Assembly (NCBI GenBank): GCA_963730915.1
Contig: CAVSTR010000003.1
Coordinates: forward strand, 426,493-490,492
DNA from: an uncultured Gemmatimonadales bacterium
GTDB lineage: Bacteria; Gemmatimonadota; Gemmatimonadetes; Gemmatimonadales; GWC2-71-9
DNA length: 64,000 bases
Reading direction: 5' to 3'
Shown: positions 1-9,824 of the stretch, one piece after another
Layout: the number at the start of each line of letters is the position of its first letter
Position numbering within the stretch: the stretch's first letter is position 1
Notes under the pieces: model-generated
The model's database searches: none
Told to the model about the DNA's origin: nothing
What the model saw: only the letters and a program-made list of their open reading frames with translations
Made by a program: the position numbers and the translations under genes

Positions 1-212
1 ACATACCCAGCGAGGATGTACAACGCCGCCTCCGACGAGTCACGAAGCACCTCAGGCATTACGCCCAGCATGGTCACCGCCAGCATGAACCCGGCACCAA
101 AGGCGAGGCATGCGTCAATGAATCGAAGGCCCCTCCGAAGGTGGCGCACCACCGCAACGGCACCGATCACATTGCCCAGCGCAGCTGCTGCTGCGAATCC
201 GAGTGGGCTCAC
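1..212 (-). CDS. ZIP-family metal transporter, N-terminal fragment (gene continues past the left edge)
   Basis: Not in the ORF track (edge-truncated, GTG start). Minus-strand reading from GTG at 210-212 gives VSPLGFAAAAALGNVIGAVAVVRHLRRGLRFIDACLAFGAGFMLAVTMLGVMPEVLRDSSEAALYILAGY. These hydrophobic helices resemble ZupT/ZIP N-termini. The GTG overlaps the cca stop as GTGA. Confidence 0.4.
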   Translation of the reverse strand, partial: MSPLGFAAAAALGNVIGAVAVVRHLRRGLRFIDACLAFGAGFMLAVTMLGVMPEVLRDSSEAALYILAGY

Positions 213-1393
213 GCTATATCGCGGGCAAGTGTCAGCAATCGTTCGCGCGTGTTGATCGAGGGGTCATCGAGCACCCGGTCGAGAAGAGCCGCCAGCGTTT
301 CCCCCAGACGGAGTCCGGTGATTCCCAGAGCCTGGAGGTCGCTGCCATTGACGGCAAGGTCACCGCGGGTGAGCGGATCGCCGCGTTGGCGAATCTCAGC
401 CGCCATCGACATCCACGAGGGCTTTCCCCCATGACGCAGGCGCCAGAGATGACCCAGATCATCGGCGGCCGGACCGACGAGCGCGAGCCAGCGCCGGACG
501 GAGCGCTCATCCAGCGCGCTCGGTTCCTCGGGCCCCTGGAGCATGGCCGCGGCGCGGGCAATCTCCGCATTCGATGCCTTGAGACGGCGCAGCACCGCAA
601 CCGGATCACCGCAAAGCAGCGTCGTCAGCACCACAGGATCCCTACGGTCGAGTGGAGAATCTGAAAACGCATTCTCGAAGCCGGTGACACCTTCCAGCTC
701 CGGAATCCAAGCGCTCGCCGCTCCAACGCGGATCCACAACAACACGAGCTGAGTGATGGATCGGGCCGTTCTGAGGCTCTTGAACCACTCGTCCCGGACC
801 CGCTCGGCGGAAAGCTGGCGCAGGCCCGACGCTGCTGACTGTGCGGCCTCCCACGTTTCCGGGTGGATTGAGAAATCGAACCGGGCAGCAAAGCGGATGG
901 CGCGCAGGATGCGAAGGTAGTCCTCTCGAAAGCGTTCGCCCGGATTGCCCACCGCGCGAACCAAATGGTTTTCGATGTCCGCTGCGCCGTTGAAGGGATC
1001 TCTCCACTCACCCCGTAAGGGGTGATAGGCCAGCGCGTTGATGGTGAAGTCACGCCGGGATAGGTCCTCCTCCAGGCTGGCTCCGAATGTCACGACCGCG
1101 TGCCTGCCGTCCGTTGCCACGTCGCGCCGGAAGGTGGTGACTTCATGCAGGACCCGCGATCGATCGAGCACGCCCACCGTCCCATACTTGATCCCTACCT
1201 CAACTGTGCGGGGGAAGAGTTTCTGTACCTGGTCGGGGGTCGCGGACGTGGCGATGTCGTAGTCGGAATGCTGGATCTGAAGCAGCGCGTCGCGGAGGTT
1301 GCCTCCGACGCACCAGGCTTCGAAACCTGCCTCCTCCAGCCTTCGCGCGATATCGAGCACGCCCTCTGGTATTTCGAGCTTCGGGAAGGTCAC
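209..1393 (-). CDS. cca: CCA-adding tRNA nucleotidyltransferase / poly(A) polymerase family
   Basis: 394-aa ORF with head-domain motifs CVGGNLRDALL, DYDIATSA, RRDFTINALA and RILRAIRFAARF. Confidence 0.85.
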   Translation of the reverse strand: MTFPKLEIPEGVLDIARRLEEAGFEAWCVGGNLRDALLQIQHSDYDIATSATPDQVQKLFPRTVEVGIKYGTVGVLDRSRVLHEVTTFRRDVATDGRHAVVTFGASLEEDLSRRDFTINALAYHPLRGEWRDPFNGAADIENHLVRAVGNPGERFREDYLRILRAIRFAARFDFSIHPETWEAAQSAASGLRQLSAERVRDEWFKSLRTARSITQLVLLWIRVGAASAWIPELEGVTGFENAFSDSPLDRRDPVVLTTLLCGDPVAVLRRLKASNAEIARAAAMLQGPEEPSALDERSVRRWLALVGPAADDLGHLWRLRHGGKPSWMSMAAEIRQRGDPLTRGDLAVNGSDLQALGITGLRLGETLAALLDRVLDDPSINTRERLLTLARDIA

Positions 1394-1394
1394 C

Positions 1395-2357
1395 TCAGTT
1401 GCCGTATGCAGTGCCGGCCGATAATGATATCATCAGCTCCATGCGAGCCTGTGACACTGCTCTCGCACCGGCCGGGATAACGCCCATTGCCATGAGGCGG
1501 GCTCCGCCCCCCTCGAACGCATAGAGTGGAGCGACTACGCCTCTGGGGCACCGGCTTGCCAGGACCACTGGCTTCCCATCGGCCACCCACCGACCGATGG
1601 CCGGCACAGCTCCCGGTGGGACGTTCCCGCTGCCGAACGCTACTACCACGACTCCATCGTTATGGGCGCGTGCCAGGTCGAGCATCCGGCCATCGTCGCC
1701 CACAACCATCGGCACCAATGCAATTCTGGCCGACAAGGCCGAGGGATATAGCCGCGTGAGCTGGCCTGAGATGTTGTCGTCTCGCAGATACTCGACTTTG
1801 CCCTCCTTGACACGCCCCAGCGGCAGCGCGTGCGGCGCCTCGAACGCATCGAGATCCGTGGTCTCGGTCTTCACGGCGGTGCGACCCGCCAGAACCTTTC
1901 CGTGAAATACCACCATCACACCCCGGCCGGCGCTTTGCGGATCAGCAGCGACGGTCGCTGCATCGAGAAGGTTCCGGGGTCCGTCCCAGTGTTCATCGGT
2001 GGAGGTGCGCATAGCACCGGTAATCGCGACGGGCACGTTGTACGCTAGCGTTCGATCCAGCAGGTAGGCCGTCTCCTCCAACGTGTCCGTGCCATGCGCT
2101 ATGACGACGCCGCGGACTTCGCCCGATTCCGCAATCTGGCGAACCCGTTCGCGCAACGCCCAGAGCCGGTCCGGCCCCAGGTGACACGCGGGCAGCATGG
2201 CCCAGTTTTCGACGCGATACGGACTGATACCCTCGAGGCCCTCCGTAAATCTGACCAGGGCTTCACCTCCATGGGCGGGCACGTTTCCGCCGGCCACCTC
2301 GTCTCGTCGCATCGAGATGGTACCCCCGGTAAAGAGAAGATGGATCGGTTCACCCAC
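1395..2357 (-). CDS. ansA: L-asparaginase (type I family)
   Basis: 320-aa ORF with FTGGTISM near the N-terminus and the AHGTDTLEETAYLL motif. Confidence 0.8.
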   Translation of the reverse strand: MGEPIHLLFTGGTISMRRDEVAGGNVPAHGGEALVRFTEGLEGISPYRVENWAMLPACHLGPDRLWALRERVRQIAESGEVRGVVIAHGTDTLEETAYLLDRTLAYNVPVAITGAMRTSTDEHWDGPRNLLDAATVAADPQSAGRGVMVVFHGKVLAGRTAVKTETTDLDAFEAPHALPLGRVKEGKVEYLRDDNISGQLTRLYPSALSARIALVPMVVGDDGRMLDLARAHNDGVVVVAFGSGNVPPGAVPAIGRWVADGKPVVLASRCPRGVVAPLYAFEGGGARLMAMGVIPAGARAVSQARMELMISLSAGTAYGN

Positions 2358-3102
2358 AAAGCACGCTCCCCCCGTTCACGTTCAGCACCTCACCGGTGAC
2401 GTGACGGGCCAGCGGGCTGCACAGGAAGAGAATGGGCCCCGCGACATCCTCGGCCGTCGCTATCCGGCCAACGGGAATACCGGCCTGTATCCGTTCCCTG
2501 TTCTCAGTGGTAAAAGCGGGTGCGCTCATCTCCGTATCAACCCAGCCAGGGGCGACACAGTTCACGGTAATACCCGGGGCATACTCGACGGCGAGAGACT
2601 TGGTCAGAGAGATCAGTGCGCCCTTGGTGGCCGCATAGTCCGCATGAAACGCTTCACCGCGCTGCCCGGCTGTACTGGATACGATGACAACGCGGCCGCC
2701 GGATCGGACGAGCGGCAACACGGCCCGGGTAGAGAGAAATACCGAGTCGAGGTTGGCGTGGAGAGTCTTGCGCCAACGTTCTACCGACAGCTCGGCAAGC
2801 GGCGTCTCGTCGACGGGCCACACGCCGGCGTTGGCGACGAAGATGTCCAGTCCGCCGAACTCGCGCTTCAGCGCAGCCGCCAGGGCGTCCGAGGTTTCCG
2901 GCGCACCAAGATCACCGCCGCTGATGTACGCGCGCCGTCCCAGGCTGCGAATCTCCCGTGCGGTGGATTCAGCGTCCTCGGCGCGCGTATGGTAAGTCAG
3001 GGCAATGTCGGCACCGGCACTCGCCAGCAGCAGTGCCGCCGCGCGGCCAATGCCACGACTTCCTCCGGTGATCAGCGCGGTTTGACCGCGCAACTCGATC
3101 AT
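2350..3102 (-). CDS. SDR-family oxidoreductase (FabG-like)
   Basis: 250-aa ORF with Rossmann motif TGGSRGIG, catalytic YAATK, and the NVNGG C-terminal motif. Confidence 0.85.
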   Translation of the reverse strand: MIELRGQTALITGGSRGIGRAAALLLASAGADIALTYHTRAEDAESTAREIRSLGRRAYISGGDLGAPETSDALAAALKREFGGLDIFVANAGVWPVDETPLAELSVERWRKTLHANLDSVFLSTRAVLPLVRSGGRVVIVSSTAGQRGEAFHADYAATKGALISLTKSLAVEYAPGITVNCVAPGWVDTEMSAPAFTTENRERIQAGIPVGRIATAEDVAGPILFLCSPLARHVTGEVLNVNGGSVLCG

Positions 3103-3671
3103 CCTGCGCTGAGCTCGAGCTCGACCAGCTCGACGATCAGATGTTCGAGCGCGAGGTGGATCACTTGCACGAGGCTGGTTCGGTCGGATGGAACGGCCAG
3201 TGCCTCATCCACCAGGGCAACCAGGGCCCCACCGCCTTTGCCCAGGAATGCCGCAGTCGGCACGCCCAGCTCCCGAGCTCGGCGCGCAGCGGCGAGCAGG
3301 TTCCTGCTTTCGCCGCTCGTAGTGTGCAGAATCAGCAGGTCCTGCGGGGTGCATAGTGCTTCCACCTGACGCGCGAACACCTGCTCATATCCGAGATCGT
3401 TTCCAGCCGCGGTCAGTACCGAGGTATCCGTGGTGAGAGCGATCGCCGCATAGGCCCTGCGATTGCCGGCGTAGCGCACCACGTACTCTGCCGCGATATG
3501 CTGCGCGTCAGCTGCGCTGCCACCATTTCCGCAGAAGAACAAAGTTCCCCCACCGCGCAGAACGCGGGCATAGTGTGCCGCGAGCTCCGTGGCCTGGCCG
3601 CTGAGTACCTTGGAGGCCTGTGCGGCCTGGGCAACGGCGTCCAACCCTCGATCGACATGGCCGCGGCTCAT
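3099..3671 (-). CDS. gmhA: SIS-domain phosphoheptose isomerase (GmhA/DiaA family)
   Basis: 190-aa ORF with CGNGGSAADAQHIAAEYV and HTTSGESRN, typical of GmhA-type SIS proteins. Confidence 0.75.
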   Translation of the reverse strand: MSRGHVDRGLDAVAQAAQASKVLSGQATELAAHYARVLRGGGTLFFCGNGGSAADAQHIAAEYVVRYAGNRRAYAAIALTTDTSVLTAAGNDLGYEQVFARQVEALCTPQDLLILHTTSGESRNLLAAARRARELGVPTAAFLGKGGGALVALVDEALAVPSDRTSLVQVIHLALEHLIVELVELELSAG

Positions 3672-4430
3672 TCAGGATCCCTCGAGAAACTGTTTGATTC
3701 GGCTCATCCAGCTCTGTCGAATGCGCAGAGGCGGCACCGGGGTGAGGTCGCCATCTGCAAGGATGGCAGCGGGGTTTCTTCTCACCAGCAGATCCACCTG
3801 ATCATACCCGTCCTGGGCTCTCAGGAATCGAGCGCCGGTGGCAACGGTGCGCGCATCGCCGTGATTATCGCCGGCCAGGATGTCCGCGAGTCCCTCGGAG
3901 ACCAACTGACGGGCCCGTTGACCCCGGGCCTGAGAGGCCAGGAGCGTGGTAGCGTCCACTTGTGTCTTCGCTCCGAGAGCACGCCATTGGCGTACTGCCT
4001 CGACCGAACAACAGCTGTAACGCTCGGGGTGCGCCAAGAGCGGGACCAGCCCGAACTCGACGACTTGCGACAGCGCATTGACCACGGTGTCATAGGCCAC
4101 CAAGCGAGGAAATTCCACCAGGATATACCTGGTTCCGGCAAGGGTAACCTTGCGTGCCGCAGCCATGCCCGCCGTGATCGGGCGATCCATCATGATCTCG
4201 GCACCGCGATGCAGACGTGGCATCTGCGGCGCCTGAGACTGGAGCGCGTCGAAGGCGGTGTTATGGGCGAGCGGGGGTCCGACGTCGGCCCGGCCGGAGA
4301 GAATGTGAGGTGTGAGGCAGACGTCGGTAACGCCCTGTCGGGCCATGTCGAAGAGCACGTTGACGGACTGCTCTACCGACCGTGAGCCGTCGTCGACCGC
4401 GGGAAGCAAGTGAGAATGGAGGTCGATCAC
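3672..4430 (-). CDS. PHP-family protein-tyrosine phosphatase (CpsB/YwqE-like)
   Basis: 252-aa ORF starting MIDLHSHLLPAVDDGS, with AHPERY and GDNHGD metal-binding motifs. Confidence 0.7.
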   Translation of the reverse strand: MIDLHSHLLPAVDDGSRSVEQSVNVLFDMARQGVTDVCLTPHILSGRADVGPPLAHNTAFDALQSQAPQMPRLHRGAEIMMDRPITAGMAAARKVTLAGTRYILVEFPRLVAYDTVVNALSQVVEFGLVPLLAHPERYSCCSVEAVRQWRALGAKTQVDATTLLASQARGQRARQLVSEGLADILAGDNHGDARTVATGARFLRAQDGYDQVDLLVRRNPAAILADGDLTPVPPLRIRQSWMSRIKQFLEGS

Positions 4431-4729
4431 GCGGGGTGACGGCTGGTTCGCAGCACGGCCGTGGCAAACTCCTCCAGTCGCTCTGGCGCCTGTTCCGCCT
4501 GGGCCCGAAGCGCGAGCGTGATCAAGGCGTCGGCTGCGAGCAGGTCCAGAGCTGCCGAGCGGTCGCCGGAATGCGAGAGAACCCGGGAGAGCGCCGCGTG
4601 CGCTGCCGCTGACAGTAACGCCGAGAGGCTATCGCCCGATGCGGCCAGCGCATATTCGGTGACACGGGTTCGGAGCGCGGGTGGCGCCTGGCTGGTACGC
4701 CGGTCCAGCCAGGCTTGTACCGGCATCAA
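4427..4729 (-). CDS. hypothetical small alpha-helical protein
   Basis: 100-aa ORF. It overlaps the alaS stop and the next gene's start by 4 nt at each end. No recognisable motif. Confidence 0.4.
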   Translation of the reverse strand: MMPVQAWLDRRTSQAPPALRTRVTEYALAASGDSLSALLSAAAHAALSRVLSHSGDRSAALDLLAADALITLALRAQAEQAPERLEEFATAVLRTSRHPA

Positions 4730-7422
4730 TTGCCGGACGTCTGGTCGGTCCGCCCGTTGCCGAGCCAGGCCTTCACTAACTCTGGCGTAGCCGCACGTGC
4801 GGCGGGCAGTCGTTCCGGGTCTCCTGCGCCGGCTGACGCAAAGTGAGGACGCCCGCCGCCCTTCCCGCCGCTCATGGCCGCGATGCGGTTGACCAGGTCC
4901 CCCGCCTTTCGGCCGGCGCTGACCAGGTCATCGGTCAGGGTCACGTGGATCGCCCCGCGACCGGAGGAGCTGAAGAGGACGAGTACCGCGTTGCGCTTGC
5001 CTTGACGGAAGGTGTCGGCGATCTGGGCCACCTCGGCACGATCCTCCGTGGAGGTCTCTGCAACCGTGAGTTCCACGCCTCCGACACTCGACACGTCCCC
5101 GCGTACCCCCGCACCAGCCCCGTCGCGTAATGTCTCGGCCAGCCGTGTCTCCAAACGTTCCCGTTCCTGCAGCAGTTGCTCGATCCGCCGGACCACGTGC
5201 TCGGGCTGGGCCTTCAGCGCCTCTGCCACTGCTGCGAGCCGCTGCTCCAGCTCGCGCACCGCGCGAAGCGCCCCGCTCCCGGTGACGGCCTCGATTCTGC
5301 GAACTCCCGCGGCCACGCCCGATTGTCCGACGATGCGGAAGGTGCCGATCTGACCGGTGCTCCTCACGTGCGTGCCGCCGCACAACTCGATCGATGGGCC
5401 CATCTGCACGACACGCACGACGTCGCCGTATTTCTCGGAGAAGAACGCCATGGCGCCGAGAGCGAGTGCGTCGGCGTACGGGAGCTCGCGGGTGTCGACG
5501 GCTGCGTTCCCGAGCACGAGGTCGTTGACTTCGGACTCGATCGATTGGAGTGTGCCTGAATCGATCGGCCCATGATGCGAGAAATCGAAGCGCAGGCGCT
5601 CCGGCTGCACCAACGATCCTTGCTGCCGGACGTGGGTTCCGAGCTGTTTTCGCAGTGCGTAGTGCACCAGATGGGTGGCGCTGTGGTTCCGCTCGATGTC
5701 CTGGCGCCGTGCGGCTTCGACTGCGGCATGCAGTGTCGCAGGTTCGAATGTTTCGCCCAGAGTTCCGCCGACTACGGTTCCCTTCGGATCCTTTCGCACG
5801 GTGTCTATGGCGACTGACAACCCTGGTGCCGTCACCGCTCCCACATCGCTCACCTGCCCACCCGATTCGGCGTAGAAGGGATTGTCCTTCAACACCAGTT
5901 CGACCCGGGGACCATCCTGCCGGAAGGCGAGCACGTCGGTATCGGTTTCCGTGGTACCATAACCCACGAACCTCTGCTTGCCACGCTTGACGGTGCGCCA
6001 CTTCTCCGATGACGGGATAATGACCGCAGGCGCATCGACTCCGCTCGCCGGAGTGAGTCTACCCGAGGTTGCGACCGGCACAGCGCCCGAAGTTCGCGCG
6101 CTTCTGGAGCGGGTGCGTTGTTGCTCGAGGGCGCGTTCGAACCCCTCCAGATCCACCGTTACACCGCGCTCTTCGGCAATGATCCCCGTGAGATCGATGG
6201 GAAATCCGAAGGTGTCGTAGAGCCTGAACGCCTCCTCTCCCTGAATGGAACGTGCGCCCGAGGCAAAGATCTCGTCCAGCCGGCGGAGCCCACCTTCGAT
6301 TGTCTCGAGGAAGCGGCGTTCCTCGGCCTCGGTAATCTCACGGATGTCGCGGGACTTTGCCTCCAGCTCGGGATACGTACCACCCATCTGGCGTACGACC
6401 GTTTCGGTGAGCAGGGCCAAAGTCGGCTCTCGACGCCCGAGCAGCCAGGCGTGCCGCACCGCCCGCCTCAGAATACGTCGCAATACGTAGCCGCGCCCTT
6501 CATTACTGGGATACACCCCGTCGGCAAGGAGGAAGGTGACAGCGCGAGCATGATCAGCGAGCACCCGGTAGGAGGCTCGCTCGTCGGTGCTCCGGTCGTA
6601 GGAACGGCCGACCAGCTCCCCAACACGCTCGATCAGCGGCAGGAACACGTCGGTATGGAAATTGTCGTCCTCGCGCTGCATGACTGCGGCGATTCTCTCC
6701 AGGCCGGCCCCCGTGTCTACCGATGGTTTCGGCAGCGGAGTGAGCGTGCCATCGGCGGAGCGGTCGTACTGCATGAAGACGAGATTCCAGATCTCAAGGA
6801 ATCTCCCCTCTTCCGCCAGACGCTCGAATTCTGCTTGGGGAATTACCTCTGCCTCGCCGCCCGGCTGCGCTGCATCCCGTTCCAGATCGACGTAGATCTC
6901 GGTGCACGGTCCGCAGGGTCCGGTGTCACCCATCTGCCAGAAATTGTCCTTGTCACCCAACCCGTAGATCCGGTGGTCCGGCAGACTCGAGATCTCTCGC
7001 CACAGCGCGCGAGCCTGATCATCGGTGTGGTGGACGGTGACTCGGAGGCGGTCCGGCGAGATCCCGAGATAGGAGGCGCCGGTGACGAACTCCCAGGCGT
7101 ACGCGATGGCGTCGCGCTTGAAATAATCTCCGAAGGAGAAATTCCCGAGCATCTCGAAGAAGGTGTGGTGCCGTTTGGTGTGCCCCACCTGTTCCAGATC
7201 GTTGTGCTTGCCGCCGGCACGGACGCATTTCTGGCACGTGGTGGCGCGCAGATAATCGCGCTGCTCCTGACCCAGAAAGGTGCGCTTGAACTGGACCATG
7301 CCGGCGTTCGTGAACAGCAGGGTCGGATCGTCCGCGGGCACCAGTGACGACGAAGGCACCTCGCGGTGCCCACGGGTCACGAAGAAGTCGAGGAACAGCC
7401 GACGGATTTCGCTGGATTGCAT
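4726..7422 (-). CDS. alaS: alanine--tRNA ligase
   Basis: 898-aa uninterrupted ORF with FTNAGMVQFK, the editing-domain HSATHLVH motif, CGGTHV and a C-terminal DHHA1-like GGGRPHFA. Confidence 0.97.
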   Translation of the reverse strand: MQSSEIRRLFLDFFVTRGHREVPSSSLVPADDPTLLFTNAGMVQFKRTFLGQEQRDYLRATTCQKCVRAGGKHNDLEQVGHTKRHHTFFEMLGNFSFGDYFKRDAIAYAWEFVTGASYLGISPDRLRVTVHHTDDQARALWREISSLPDHRIYGLGDKDNFWQMGDTGPCGPCTEIYVDLERDAAQPGGEAEVIPQAEFERLAEEGRFLEIWNLVFMQYDRSADGTLTPLPKPSVDTGAGLERIAAVMQREDDNFHTDVFLPLIERVGELVGRSYDRSTDERASYRVLADHARAVTFLLADGVYPSNEGRGYVLRRILRRAVRHAWLLGRREPTLALLTETVVRQMGGTYPELEAKSRDIREITEAEERRFLETIEGGLRRLDEIFASGARSIQGEEAFRLYDTFGFPIDLTGIIAEERGVTVDLEGFERALEQQRTRSRSARTSGAVPVATSGRLTPASGVDAPAVIIPSSEKWRTVKRGKQRFVGYGTTETDTDVLAFRQDGPRVELVLKDNPFYAESGGQVSDVGAVTAPGLSVAIDTVRKDPKGTVVGGTLGETFEPATLHAAVEAARRQDIERNHSATHLVHYALRKQLGTHVRQQGSLVQPERLRFDFSHHGPIDSGTLQSIESEVNDLVLGNAAVDTRELPYADALALGAMAFFSEKYGDVVRVVQMGPSIELCGGTHVRSTGQIGTFRIVGQSGVAAGVRRIEAVTGSGALRAVRELEQRLAAVAEALKAQPEHVVRRIEQLLQERERLETRLAETLRDGAGAGVRGDVSSVGGVELTVAETSTEDRAEVAQIADTFRQGKRNAVLVLFSSSGRGAIHVTLTDDLVSAGRKAGDLVNRIAAMSGGKGGGRPHFASAGAGDPERLPAARAATPELVKAWLGNGRTDQTSGN

Positions 7423-7470
7423 GAAGGGGAATATACGGACAGCCGGGAGCCGGGAGCTAGGAGCTTCTCT

Positions 7471-8103
7471 CTACAGCACGCTCTCCACCATGGCGCTGAC
7501 CTCCCAGCCTGAAAATCCTCGGCGCGCCAGGTACGCCAGGAGCCGGCGTCGTTTGGTCTGTCGTGGGAGCGCACCGAGCTGGGCCGCGCGCTTCGAGACC
7601 AGCGTCTGAGGCATCGACGTCCGGTCACTGCCCTCTGGCCACTCTGCCGCGACAGCCCGGTCGATGATCGGCCGCTGGACGCCCATGGCCAGCAGATCCC
7701 GGATCAGACGAGACGGGCCGCGCCCGCGGGCAGCGCGGGTCTGTACGTAGCTTCGGGCATACGCCTCGTCGTCGAGCAGCCCCAACGTGAGCAGCCGCTC
7801 GAGTGCGACGTCGACTGCAACCCGAGGGTGACCTTTGCGTTGCAGTCGACGGCCGAGATCGGCGCGAGCGTATGGGCGCAGCTCCAGCACTCTGAGGCCG
7901 GTGCGGAATGCCGCTTCGACGTCGGCGGCGGCGCCGAGCCGCTCGTGGACCTCGGGTGTGATTGTTTGTCCCGGACTCAATCCCTCTGCGACTATCAGAT
8001 CAGCAGGTACAACACCGAAGCGAGAGCCGTCGAGCTCCAGTCGCACGGTTCCGGGCCGTCGCGGATCGTGCTCGATTGCGGTGATGCGGCAGGCAGTGTC
8101 CAC
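7471..8103 (-). CDS. recX: recombination regulator RecX
   Basis: 210-aa helical-repeat ORF immediately downstream of recA (3-nt gap). The position and repeat pattern are typical of RecX. Confidence 0.75.
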   Translation of the reverse strand: MDTACRITAIEHDPRRPGTVRLELDGSRFGVVPADLIVAEGLSPGQTITPEVHERLGAAADVEAAFRTGLRVLELRPYARADLGRRLQRKGHPRVAVDVALERLLTLGLLDDEAYARSYVQTRAARGRGPSRLIRDLLAMGVQRPIIDRAVAAEWPEGSDRTSMPQTLVSKRAAQLGALPRQTKRRRLLAYLARRGFSGWEVSAMVESVL

Positions 8104-8106
8104 GGC

Positions 8107-9159
8107 CTATTCCTCCGCTTCGTCGCCTGCCCCCACCCCGACGGGAGTACGCATCCCGAGCAGATCCTTCACTTTCCCCTCGACTTCCGTCATCAGCACA
8201 GGATTGTCTCGGAGGAAGAGCTTCGCGTTCTCACGACCCTGGCCAATGCGCTGGTCGCCATAGGAGTACCAGGCACCCGACTTCTGGATGATCCCGGCCT
8301 CTGAGGCGAGGTCTACCAGGAGAGAGGTGTGACTGATGCCTTCATCGAACATCACATCGAACTCCGCCTGGCGGAACGGCGGCGCCACCTTGTTCTTGAC
8401 CACTTTGACGCGGACGTGATTTCCCATCACCGTCTCCCGTTCCTTCACCGGTCCGATCCGCCGGATGTCCAGCCGCAAGGACGCATAGAACTTGAGCGCC
8501 TTTCCACCGGTGGTCGTTTCGGGATTGCCGAACATGACTCCGATCTTTTCGCGGAGCTGGTTGATGAACACCACTGCGCAATTGGACCGGTTGATGGCAC
8601 CGGCCAGCTTCCGGAGCGCCTGACTCATGAGCCGGGCCTGCAGTCCCATGTGGCTCTCGCCCATCTCTCCTTCGATTTCGGCCTTGGGCACCAGGGCGGC
8701 GACCGAGTCGATGACCACAAGGTCCACTGCACCCGAACGGACCAGAATCTCGACGATCTCCAGTGCCTGTTCGCCGGTATCGGGCTGAGACACCAACAGA
8801 TTCTCGATGTCTACACCGAGCTTCTTGGCATAATCGATATCGAGGGCATGCTCCGCATCCACATACGCCGCGACACCGCCCATTTTCTGGACGTTGGCGG
8901 CGAGATGGAGAGTCAGCGTGGTCTTGCCCGATGACTCGGGGCCGTAGATCTCGGTGATCCGACCACGAGGAATGCCGCCGACGCCGGTGGCGGCATCGAG
9001 GTTGATGGCGCCAGTGGGAATGGCCGCCACTTTGACCCGGGCCGACTCCGCCCCCATCCGCATGATAGATCCCTTGCCGAGCTGCTTTTCGATTTGGGAG
9101 ATGGCAAGACCGAGGGCCTTCCGGCGATCGGCTTCGAGCCGGGTTTCATCAGCAGCCAT
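8107..9159 (-). CDS. recA: recombinase RecA
   Basis: 350-aa ORF with Walker [10 protein letters not shown], plus IDSVAALVP and [22 protein letters not shown]. Confidence 0.98.
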   Translation of the reverse strand: MAADETRLEADRRKALGLAISQIEKQLGKGSIMRMGAESARVKVAAIPTGAINLDAATGVGGIPRGRITEIYGPESSGKTTLTLHLAANVQKMGGVAAYVDAEHALDIDYAKKLGVDIENLLVSQPDTGEQALEIVEILVRSGAVDLVVIDSVAALVPKAEIEGEMGESHMGLQARLMSQALRKLAGAINRSNCAVVFINQLREKIGVMFGNPETTTGGKALKFYASLRLDIRRIGPVKERETVMGNHVRVKVVKNKVAPPFRQAEFDVMFDEGISHTSLLVDLASEAGIIQKSGAWYSYGDQRIGQGRENAKLFLRDNPVLMTEVEGKVKDLLGMRTPVGVGAGDEAEE

Positions 9160-9173
9160 TGCTTCCTCATTGT

Positions 9174-9264
9174 AAAAGTGACCGATTTTGCTACACGGTA
9201 AGTCTTGGAACCCAACTTAGTACCGAACGTCTGCCGAAGCAATAGTCAAAAGTGGTCGATTTTG
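9174..9264 (-). promoter_or_regulatory. recA upstream region with two copies of a 17-nt motif and a GAAC-N7-GAAG element
   Basis: AAAAGTGACCGATTTTG (9174-9190) and AAAAGTGGTCGATTTTG (9248-9264) match at 15 of 17 positions and lie 74 nt apart. GAACgtctgccGAAG (9225-9239) sits between them. The region is AT-rich relative to its surroundings. Confidence 0.4.
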
Positions 9265-9271
9265 AGTCATC

Positions 9272-9775
9272 TTAGAAGCTCCCCAGAGGACCCGTCAGCC
9301 GCCAGGCATCGGGTACGTGCTCAACGACGGGCTCTCCACCCCGCTGCTCATGAATGGCGACGAGATCGAAGCGGTACTCATCTCCTGGACGACCCTGGCG
9401 GAGCACCCACACCGAAGCCACCCGCGCGATCTCTCGTTGCTTCCGAGCGCTGACCGCTTCGAGCGCCGTTCCGCAGCTGGCGGACCGCCTCGTCTTGACC
9501 TCTACGAACGCCACCGTGCTCCGCTTCCGGATTACCAGATCGAGGTCATGCCGCCCGAGTTTGAAGCGGTGCGCCTCTACCGACCAGCCACAGGAGATCA
9601 GAAACGCCATGGCGATCTGTTCGCCACGAAGTCCGAGCAGCTGACGCTGGTCTTCCCACTCGGCTGGTCGGGATGAAGCGGCGAGTGCGCGACATGGCAC
9701 ACGATACGGGAGAGTTCCGCAGTGAAGAAACCGACTCTCTGCGGCACGGAGCGGGAAAGCGCGCCAAGGCGACAA
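9272..9775 (-). CDS. yraN: YraN-family endonuclease (UPF0102)
   Basis: GEQIAMAFLISCGWSVEAHRFKLGRHDLDLVIRKRSTVAFVEVKTRR matches the YraN core. The true start is probably internal to the 167-aa ORF. Confidence 0.7.
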   Translation of the reverse strand: MSPWRAFPLRAAESRFLHCGTLPYRVPCRALAASSRPAEWEDQRQLLGLRGEQIAMAFLISCGWSVEAHRFKLGRHDLDLVIRKRSTVAFVEVKTRRSASCGTALEAVSARKQREIARVASVWVLRQGRPGDEYRFDLVAIHEQRGGEPVVEHVPDAWRLTGPLGSF

Positions 9776-9782
9776 CAGAATA

Positions 9783-9814
9783 CGAAAGCCCGAAACGGTG
9801 AAAGCCCGAAAACG
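9783..9814. repeat. terminal inverted-repeat arm (two tandem 16-mers GAAAGCCCGAAA(A)CGN)
   Basis: cgaaagcccgaaacggtgaaagcccgaaaacg is the reverse complement, with a few mismatches, of 10212-10243. Confidence 0.8.
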
Positions 9815-9824
9815 AGCAGCAACC

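Noticed and set aside
4928-7347. 357-aa minus-strand and 409-aa plus-strand ORFs inside alaS
   Set aside because: They are an alternative frame and an antisense frame of alaS. Their Arg/Gly/Pro-rich translations are typical of off-frame GC-rich sequence.
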